Shown here one piece after another: positions 52,520-64,000 of a stretch of 64,000 nt of DNA. The notes beneath the pieces are model-generated. The model did no database searches and was not told where the DNA came from. It worked only from the letters and a program-made list of their open reading frames with translations. Both the position numbers and the translations under genes were made by a program. Positions within the stretch are counted from its first letter, which is position 1, and each line of letters starts with the position of its first letter. Source of the stretch: the human T2T-CHM13v2.0 reference genome, Homo sapiens; assembly GCF_009914755.1 (NCBI RefSeq), contig NC_060931.1. One strand, written 5' to 3'.

Positions 52520-55500
52520 ATGTTTTGAATTTTATATTACAAATATGAATGTCTTTTTTGTTTCATTTGACTTCGCAATAACCTTATTTGAGAAAGGGCA
52601 GTTATTATTATATTCTTTTAGGTATAATAAATGTAAAGATTGTGAAGTTTACAGGAATAAGATGTAGTAAAATTAAAACTAGAATAGAGGTCTCTGTATT
52701 CCTAATCTTATATACAAACTTTGTTACATATAATCATCTTTCTGCGTTATGAATAAATCTTCAAATAATTACTTATTAAACATAATTTACTATCAATATA
52801 GAAGATGTCATTATCCTCTTTGTTGTATTACAACACATTCCTGTGAAAGACTTAAGATATCTGTAATATAGGTTCTAAATTATAATTTAATCTTTAAAAT
52901 ATATTGTCCTCAAAGAGGTATGGTTACAGATGTATTATGCATTATTAGTAAAAGTATAGATTATTTTGGGTAACATAAATACAAATCAAAGTAATTATAT
53001 ACTTTTCTAAAGTGCCATGTTTTCAAGGCAGAGATGTGGTTATTACAAACATAAATATGACAAAATAAATGATGACACATCATATATTGTAAAAAGAAAA
53101 AAAAGATTCTTTTTTTCTTTATAGCATCCTCCCAAATAATGCCTAATGATATAAATTTGTTTCATCCATGATAATTTTTAGTAACAGAATCACAAATAAC
53201 TAAGTCAAGTCAGGCAGATGGAGTCAGATGTGGGCGATCAATCATTCAGATTATACCTTTGGTATCTTTAAGCAAATTAGTCAAACTATTGTTTTTGGGT
53301 GTTTGCTTGTTTGATATGTAGTCTATTATTCTTATAATTGGAAAACTAATTAAAATGTATAGAAGTAAATCAGATTAGATGTGCATTAAGAGAAACCATT
53401 TGTTTTCAGAAGTCCAACATATTGAAGGGACTGATGTTGTGGCTAAAAGGTCTATTGATTTTGAAAATCTGGGCACTTGTGTAAGTTAATCTATCACATT
53501 TTCAGTACATAAATCTTTGACATCTGTTGCTATCATTTTTTGATAAAATATTACTATGGGTCAATCAAGGACAAGAAAAAAAGACAGCTTGTTTTTATAA
53601 TCTCCTCAATGACATATACAGGCAAATATTTTCTGAAGGAAGCTGAGGGTCTTCCAATGCTGCAAGCATTCCCAAATATTTCTCCCTTTGGTTGTGGCCC
53701 CCTTTTCAACATAGGCCTTAAAACTCAATGAAAAGACTAATGTCTAAGTTAAAAGTGTATAAAGAAAAATAAAAATATATTCAAAAAACTTAAAATCTTG
53801 AAGGGGTACTTAGTAAAATAAACTTTAGAAACCACTTCTAAACAACCAAATCTAAAGGCTCAAAAATGAAAGTTGCTTTTTACTTGAGGTTTGGCTGAGT
53901 TTATATACTTTCTACTTTTTAAATCTATTGGTCTGGAAACTGAAATACACATGTTCAGTGGTGGCTGAACTTTCCCCAACTGGCTTGACACATGATAAAC
54001 TACAAAGTTCATGGAGCTCCAAAAATACCCAAGAAGAACGAAGAGCTCATGTCAGAGAAATAGTCCTACAAAGGAAGTTTAGATTCTGGCAAGGTTTTTA
54101 AAATAACGTCCTAGCTAATATGATATTATTTGCATATTATCACTTTCTGAAAAATCTCCAACAGTCAAATGTGCTGTGCCTTAAACTGATGCATCATCTG
54201 GCTACAAAGCCAGTAATTTATGATCTTTGTAGTGCTGTATTTTAGCTTGTTTCTTTGAGAAGCATATGCACATGTTATCTGCATGTCCTCTGACCTCCCT
54301 GTACTAATAAGATTTAATGAATATTGGTTCAGATCTCAATTCCAGGGCCTAGCACAATTAAAAGCCTTCCAGGAATTCCATGTCTAATTCCTCTGTACTT
54401 TTCTCTGTTTCACTTCTTGATTTATAGCAGTCTGCTCGCTTCTGCCCTTAGTAATAGAGGACTTGCTTCTGCTCCATGTAATAGAGGTCTACCTTTTTAC
54501 TGGTTTCCGTATAAATTTCAGACACACTCAGCATTTTGTGATATTTGGTTAATTTACTGATTGTCCATAAGTGAAACAGAAGGAAACTCATCAGACATTG
54601 AAGCCCTCCTGCCATCTTCCGTCTATATCCCGTCTTGCGTCCAAACTCCTGACATAGGTCCATCCTCACTTTGCAAAACCTGTTACTGAGTGAGTTCAAT
54701 TCCACTCACTCCTTATCCCTCCCTCCCCCATAATACTTCTACTGCTTCCCTAGTAGCAACAGCCTAGAGGAAGAGCTTATCTTCTCCATCCCCCTTAAAT
54801 TCTGAGAAATGAACTTTATCCATCATAAAATTCTTCAAACAATTTGAAATATACATGGAGGGATAGGAATCAGAATGGTAACAAAAAAAAAAGTAAGGAA
54901 AAACAAGAAGACATACATGCCCTTTCTTTGCACACCTATCTTTGTTTTAAATGATTAAAAACATGGGAAATATCAATTAATTAAAAAATATTTTCAAATG
55001 TTTTTAAAAAAGAAAAATGCAAATTATTTTATTGAGTCCTGGGGGAAAATAGTCTAACCCTTCCTGCTGAATTTAATAGTTAAAATCAAACTAAAAGTTA
55101 CAAAACTATGAGGACTAGTGATTTCGTTCTCTTAACTAAAATTCATTCTCCAGATTATATAAAGTATCTTAATTTCCCTAAATGAAGATTGTTTTTCCAT
55201 GCTAAGCAGAAAAGTCATATTATTATAAAATTTACTTTTTAAAGTAAAAAGCATTAGCAATAGTTTTATAATTCAAACAAGAATAATCAACCAGAAATAT
55301 TTATTTTCTTTCCCATTATTTTATAAGATACCTACCCATACGCTTAGGATACTATCTTCCCCAAAAAATCTGAAACAGTAGAAATAGTAAATATCTTATA
55401 AACCATAAAATCTTTCATTCTTATATTACTAATAGGCTAGTTCATTCAGAGATACAGCTTTGCAATAACTCTTTGCATAATGGTAGAATTGTAGGATCAC

Positions 55501-56779
55501 AGACAAAAATCATTGGCTTCTGTACAGTATCTTTACAGGAGGCAATAAACTACTACTTGCCAAATTGACTAGGATCATTTTGACATTTATCCTGCAGTTC
55601 TCTATAATGTTTTATAATTAAAAGTTAAATGCACATTAATATTTTCCTGGGAGACCTAGCATAGATTATTAAAATGTATTTACAGAGAGATCATTATTTA
55701 CTTTAACAGTCAGTAGGAATTTCTTTGTTTTTTTCTAAAAGCAAGGTGATCTGTGATATTTTCGTCCTTTTGTATGATTCTCTACTTCTTATTCAAGACC
55801 TGTGATTAAGTTGTGTGTATATTGTCTGTAAAATGAAACAAAAGTAGGTCCTAAACATTGTAAGAATATGGTATACTAAAAAGCTTTGAAACCAAAAGAA
55901 AATTTAAAAAAACAACAACAACAACAATGTAGAGTACCTCATACCTAACAGACACTATAGAAAAGCTGATATTTTTTTCCGTTGAAGTTAGGACATTAGA
56001 TCATTTTTCACAAAAATAGATTCCTTAAATAAGACATGTTGTCTAACAGGTATTTACAAGGCATTTCTAGAAATTCAGGCGTAAGTATTTTGCTCTTTGT
56101 CTACTCAAGTTTCTAACTAAATTCCCACTTTGAACAAAAAATTCCTCTTTTAAAGGTTGGAACATGTGGTTGTATTTGATGTTTTTTTCCTTCATTTTTC
56201 ATGGCTCTAACAAGAATAATCTTTTCTGGAAAACAAAAGACTGTGTTTCTTGTGATTTTATTCTAAGGGAATACAGGGTATTGGTTATTCTTATTTTCTT
56301 ATTCTTTCTTCATTGATAAAGATAGAAGCTAGGGATTGTGTTACATTGAGCAACCTAAAGTTGTGCTTCAACTTCATAAAACCTCTTGTCCTTAAGCTCC
56401 TTCATTAGCAGATGACTAAAAGACGAAAGGTGGAAAATGTGAAGCCCAGAGTTTTTATTTATTTTTAGTTATATTTATCCCTTTTCATTAGCTTATTTAT
56501 ATTGCTTTCCTTATCTAGCCCTCCTTTTCTCCTAATGTACCTTGAATTCCAAACAACTGCCCTGTCAGGGCAACTTGTCTCATCGTTTGGACAGTTCATG
56601 AGCCAGGTTAGGTTTCTCCAGCCCCATTTGTCTGAGTCTCCACCATCAACATTGTTCAAATCCATGACATGGTGTCTTAGACTCGAGGCAGAACAAATTG
56701 GGAAATTTATGTCTACACCATTGTTCTATCAGATACACTCTCTGCCTTCTTTCCTGACCATATGTTCTTAAACTGTACT

Positions 56780-56995
56780 CTTTCCAGGTACAACTAAGAT
56801 TTTACACCCCTTTTCCTTTATCTCTCTAGCCTTCAACACTGATTGCTAATAATATCATCTGTTATATAGTTATTATTCTCATCATCTCCTTATGGGATTG
56901 TAAGTTCATGGCAAGAAAGAAATTTACCAATTACTGATGTCTGTTCGATACAAAAGACAATGCCTCAAATACAGTAGGTGCTCAAGAAGAATTTT
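56780..56995 (+). mobile_element. L2 3' fragment
   Basis: gattgtaagttcatggcaag...acaatgcctcaaatacagtaggtgctcaag. Confidence 0.55.
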
Positions 56996-58169
56996 AAATT
57001 ATTTTATTTAAGGGAAATATATTGGAAGGCTTGGGTGGAGGGGTCATATTGATACGTGCTACTGTGTATTTGGTGTTAGATGTCATCCTAGATTTACATA
57101 GACTCTGAGGTTACATAAATAATTCAGAGAATACATTAAGGATATTTCCAAGGTATATACATAATTCCTGGAAAAGAAAAACCAACCTATAAAAACTTCA
57201 GTTAAATTACACTTCAGCCATTTTGAAACAGACAAGCACTTTTAAAATGTAAACAACGTTACAACGTTATGAGAGTTTTCATGCTGTATCATGAATGAAA
57301 GGTAACTGAAGACATTCCTCTACTTTAATTACCATTTCTACAACTCACTTGAATTTTAACCCTTGACACACATGAATGCTGTGAAAACTAGTTCTATTTC
57401 CCAAGGATAAACAATCTACTTTGCCATCGTTAAAAAATAAATATCCAATTTATCATACAACAACCAAATGCTTTCTTTTGTAGATAATACTGTCTACATA
57501 CTACTACCAATTCATCCATGAATACTGTAATTACAATTTTAATTATAGCAGGTGCATAAGAAAGTAGAGTATACCATTTTTCTTATTTAAATGTAGAGAC
57601 CTCGATTTTTAAAGAATATAAAGAAAACACAGTAAGTTAGATCTGTATATTTGTAATTAGGAAATAAAATCTTTGTACCTCCCTAATAACTGAATTATTA
57701 ATAGTTCTTGATGTGTTACACAATGGTTTCACATTGTCATGTCAATACAATGTTCACTGGAATTAAATTTTACATGATTTAGTTTTTCAATATTACAAGA
57801 ATTTTTTTTAATGTAGCACTCATAGCCACATGTTTCTACAAAAAAATTTTTTTAATCACACATTGCTCCAAAGAAGCTGTTTCCAAGGTAACGGGATTTG
57901 AACCCAGTCTGATGCATTAGCACTGGGGGTTTGAAGGCAGACGACTGACTATGACTACACATTATTACTTTTTCTTCTTTTCTTTGGATGCTAAGAGCAA
58001 ACAGTGGATATTTTAATAAATCAACTAATTTTTGCTTGTTTTAGGTCCCCAAACTCTTGCAACTGATCCTAATTTACCTTTCATAACTATTTTTTTTAAT
58101 GCCTGATTGGACCCACTCTTAACCTATTTTTATCATCCTTCACACTGCATTATCTCAATTCCTCCATTT

Positions 58170-58350
58170 ACTTCTTAAGTGGTTAGGTAGAGAAGAGAGT
58201 GATGATGGGGGAACACCATGGATGCACAAGTAATAAGTATATCCAAGTTCTAGTTACGCTGCCTAGTAGCCAAGATTCTTCATCTCTTTGGGCCTCCCTC
58301 AGCTGTAATATAAGGGGCCAGATTAGATGATTCTAATGTTTCTTTTAAAC
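58170..58350 (+). mobile_element. MIR/MIR3
   Basis: aagttctagt...catctctttgggcctc...ctgtaatataaggggccagattagatgattctaa. Confidence 0.55.
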
Positions 58351-61300
58351 TGTGAGAAATAACACTGTAAAATAAAACATGTCCCAGTCACTAATGGCAT
58401 CCAACTATCACCACCTGATTTCTTCCTTACTGATTTATCCCCACACACACGTGAGCATGCACGCGCATGTACACACAAACTCCATAAATCCACCTTCTCT
58501 TTGAAAGTGCCATTTATTTCACCTAAAACTGTTCCTAAACTAGTCTTTACTAATGGCACTTAATCTCCATGTGGCTTAAAGTAACAAACCAAGGAGTATG
58601 TGTGTGGTGAGCCTGTGGTCATGAATAAGAGGAAATTTGAATGTAAAGGGCAGAAAGCAATGGAAAATGGAAGCCAGCCGACTACCACTGTTTTTCCAGC
58701 TGTTTGTTTCACTGGTCAAAAATTCTAGTAAAACAGATAGTATTTCTTTACAGCCTCATTAGTTTCTCCTATGTAAACTGACAGTGCAAGGCAATGTTCA
58801 CTGCATCTAATGTTCAGATGCAGCAATCTTTTAATTTTTAAAAATTATTTCTTGACTCTAGACTTAACAAAATGACTTTCATAAAGGTGTTAAAAATCTG
58901 CAAAAAATTCGAATCCTTGAAAAATAAAACAAATTCAGTCCTTATATACACATCACACTACACATGTGCACGGAATGATTAGAATGTTGCAGAGATTATT
59001 AAATTTAAACATAAAAGGGTCTCAGGAATACATGTCATCTATTAATTATCTAGGTGGAAACAATTATGAGCTTTATAATGAGGAGAATGCCTTAAAAAAT
59101 CTTGTTAAAGATACAAACAGCTACTTACTTTTTAAAATATCTCTGGGATCTGTAAAAATTAAGGTGATGATTCAATTTAGGGCTGTCTAAAGCAAAATTT
59201 ATTCTATAGCAATTAATTACCTTTATTTCATCCATTTTAAAAGTTTTCTTCTATAATCCTTTAACATCTGACAGATATTTAGGCCTGTGAATAAAATTTG
59301 TAGTTGCTCCTTAATTTGTTTCACAATATTTTCTGAAATATTGTGAAATAAAAAGAAAATATAGATAATACAGTAATGTGAATGAGAGTTGTGTTTAGTT
59401 TATCTTATCAATTGTACTTAGTAATATCCCCATAGTAGTCTAAGCATGATATTAATATCTAATATTGTAATTCATATTACAATATGAATTTTTAAAATTG
59501 CTTTTTCGATTTCCCCAAAATAATCAATGATTGTCTTTTAAAATAGCCCTACAACTGTAAACATGGAATTCATTCATTAATTTACAATAACTGATTCCAT
59601 TGTATAGAAACTGAAAATGCTTCAAACCTCAGTAAAATCAGGAAAATAAAGTTGATATAACCATTTGTGTTAAATCACAGTTATGTAAAAACTTGTGTTG
59701 TCTGCCCTCTAGTTGCTCCAACTCTAGGAGTCCTTTCTCATTTCTCTATTACTGTATGCTGTTATTTAGCTAAGCCTTAGTCATAAACCTGCTATCAAGA
59801 AAAGTTATATCTCAGATTACCTTTAAAGAGAATGCATTAGATATATGCAGGATAAGGTACATGCAATATACAATTATTTGAGATAATTAAATATATGAGA
59901 TAACGTAGAAAGGGAAACAGAAAAGTTGTCTTAGCCTCCTAAATCAGCCTAATGCTTAACTGGAACCTCAGGTGGAATAGGCTGTTTAGCTCTAATAGTT
60001 AACAGGATCTCTTGTGACCCTCCATCAGTCCTGGTTGTTGTTTCTTCACAACTTGCTGTCTCAGAATTGTCTGTTGGGCCCTATTCTGGTCCTTGCCATG
60101 CTATGAACCAGCTAGCCTACATCCTAACTTCTCTTCTTTCTGAGACAACTTTTCTAGAAGCCCCTTCAATGGGGCTTCTCCTTTCCTTGGGGCTTCTCCT
60201 TTCCTTAAGTCTTCTGCCCTTACCCAGCTTCCAATGTCTGCTTTCTCCCTGTGTATCTCAATTTCTTCACCCTCTCCTGATGCTCCGTCTCGTGTTCCGA
60301 TCTCAAAAGAAAGGAAACCCGGTGACAGTGTGTGGCAGGGTAGCAAGACTTGTGTGGCAGGGGTGTGGGGGCAGGTAGGCGCCGGAGAGCATGGGGCTGT
60401 GGGATGGGCCAGCAACTTGCATGGCCTGACTCAACCACTGGCACACATTTTTGGAATGTTAGCAATTCTACTCAATTCTTCTCCCTCTAATTTCCCTTTT
60501 AGTAATTATTAGAAAAATAAAGATCTAAAATAAACTAGAGCTAGACAAAACTATTCATTTTTGCTGTCTGAGTTATGAGGCAGCATGTGGAAACATTGTA
60601 TTTGGGAATTCCCATCAAAAACACAGAAACATAAAACCATAAAACACTAAGAAAAAGGCCATAAAAACATTAAAATATCAACATCCTTTCCTTGTTCCTT
60701 GAATAACAAGTGGATCTCCAGAGGGAAGTAGTGCCTTCTTTTGGGGGCTGGGAACTACAGGAGAGATTCAGTAGTAAAAGAGCTGCTTTAAGTAAGCTTT
60801 AGTCAACAGACCACACTTGCCTACATGCCCTGGCCAATTCTGACCTCCCTTCTTGAACACCAGAGAAGAAAAGCAAAGGATAAGTAAAAATGAGAGGAGA
60901 TGTTCATGATAGGAAACATAGAAAATAGTGCCCAGATACGAAGAGGGATAGTAGAAATAAGAATTAGAAAAACTGAAGAGAAGAAAGATAACCTAGATGA
61001 GGAAAACATGCTTAAAAAAAAGTTTGAGGCTGTTTAATTGACTGCAAGGTTTGATACTGGCATAAGCAAACAAGTAAATAGAAATTCAGAAGGCTTCATT
61101 TACCATTTAAAAGATTAAAGCTACTGTTCAGCTTTGCTTAGTCATAAATTTTATTGTTTACTTTGTTGTGAAGTGTCTTTATTGATACTACAGTCAGACA
61201 ATATAGAAAAATGGATCCTAAATACATTGGAATAAATACATAATAAAGCTATTTTTCTAAATTGTTTATAAACTTAAAAATATAGGGTTGTTTTCTTTGT

Positions 61301-61438
61301 AGTTAGAGCCTGGCATGCCTTATTAAAACTCTTGCCAATTGTCCTAAAGGATAACGAGATAATTTAGGGGCTGTTTATATTGATCAATTCCAGATTCTTT
61401 TTTCTAAAATATATCGTAGATTAAAAAACAGAAAAATA

Positions 61439-61782
<344 letters not shown>

Positions 61783-62370
61783 TTATTGAAGATGAGTAAC
61801 ACTGAATTCCATATATAATAATAACAGAAACAAAGATGAGTATATAGCAGAGTAATTGTATTAATAAGAATTATTGTATGTATAAAAATATGCATGTGTC
61901 AAGCAATGTTTTTTGTGTTAATATTTAGCAAAGTATAGGCAGAACCAAATCACACTAGTCCTGCAGCTCACAGGACATGGGAATCAGGCTTCCATAATCA
62001 CTCTGTATTGAGAATCAGGACACGCAGGTAGGGAATCTCTTTCCTTAAACATACTTGCATAAAGGTAGGATAGGTTTTCACTGAAATTACAGAATAATTT
62101 TTTCACAATAATTATGCAAAATAGTATTAGCCCACATTGTCTTATTAGTAGCCACAGCCTGTCCATAATTTTTGTTTGACCAAAAAAAAAAAAAAAAAAT
62201 TGAGAACTGTTGGTCATAGTAGTGGCTTGATGAATTCTATCCCAAAGTCTTTCAACATGGCCTAAATTGGTTTATAGGTGATTTGTAGCTTCATACAAAC
62301 CTCAACATACACACCTATGTACACAAATGGATAAAAATGAAGTAATGCTATTGTTGAATCCCTTCACTAA

Positions 62371-62697
<327 letters not shown>

Positions 62698-63302
62698 TCA
62701 ACTTATTTTTTCGTAACAAATATGTTCGTAGACAAAGACAAAAGTAAATGCATTATTTTATTCAGTTTTAAAATGATATGACATATTGTTAGAAAGATAT
62801 GATATACACCTTGTTTTATGACTTTAACTTTTTTCTAATTGTATTTTCATTGAAATAAACAGTTCTACTTTTTTTCTTCTCTGCCTTGATCAATACCACC
62901 CTGGAGACAGCATTCTTATAAGAACTTTTGCTTTAAATATAAATTAATTTTTTATCTGTCACTGTGCTTTACTCTAGACCAAGAGTAGAAAACTCCATGT
63001 TGTTGAGGTCAGGCAAGTAACATAAATTAGTAAAAGAAACCAGGCTAGAAGAAGGGCTCTTCTCAGCCCCCATCAGTCCTTGCCAGATCCTCTGACATTT
63101 CAAGAAAAAATGAGAAATAAAGACTGTCAACTGAAGTCTAATTCTTAAATGTTAGCAGCTGATTCATTTTTAAATATTATATGAACCAAGACTATCCTTT
63201 TCTAGGCTAGTGACAAGTTTTCTACTTCTATATTAATATTTCTTAATATACCCAGACAATACATTTCTTCAGGGTAGGGAGTCTATTCTAGTTATCTTTT
63301 AA

Positions 63303-63768
<466 letters not shown>

Positions 63769-63779
63769 TACATTTAGTA

Positions 63780-64000
63780 TGTTTTTACTGTGTGTCACAT
63801 CTTGATAAGTGTTTTACACATATTACCTAATTTAATATTCACAATGATATTATCAGGTAGCAACTAATATTATCCTAATTGTATAGCCTAGTAAACAGTT
63901 GAGGAAGTTGAGGCAACTGCCATGAGTTACATGGCTAGTAAGTGGTAAAGCAAGATTTCACACTCATGCAGTCAGCTCCTGAGCCTGACCTAGGCTTTCT
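63780..64000 (-). mobile_element. MIR
   Basis: gttttacacatattacctaatttaatattcacaa...acatggctagtaagtggtaaagcaagattt. Confidence 0.7.

Noticed and set aside
57893-57905. Pol III B-box (GGGTTCAAATCCC on minus) as a tRNA gene
   Set aside because: No cloverleaf; context fits a MIR-derived head.

Overview
Primate (very likely human or another catarrhine, because AluY copies are present) AT-rich non-coding genomic DNA. I find no recognisable protein-coding exon, CpG island, structural RNA gene or CRISPR-like array, and I cannot name the locus. The window is dominated by transposon relics: 23 Alu copies or fragments, L1 (L1PB1-, L1MA-, L1ME- and L1PB4-like), L2 and MIR, LTRs (THE1, MLT1, MER89/90-like) and DNA transposons (MER75, MER85, MER44, MER94, MER102, MER5, MER119-like). 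Family and subfamily names come from my recall of consensus sequences, and the ends of old elements are approximate. The only ORFs with recognisable homology are broken L1 ORF2 and Alu-derived frames. I see no convincing novel biological system. The observations most worth follow-up are: (1) a complex local templated-insertion scar at 34.6-35.8 kb, where one donor segment was copied once directly and once inverted beside an intact-palindrome MER85; (2) an AT-rich expansion inside L1PB carrying three inverted copies of adjacent L1 sequence; (3) a (UG)22-adjacent candidate cryptic exon on the minus strand; (4) well-formed plus-strand candidate exons, one a 282-nt symmetric open-frame exon; (5) several repeat-free, motif-dense enhancer-like blocks.
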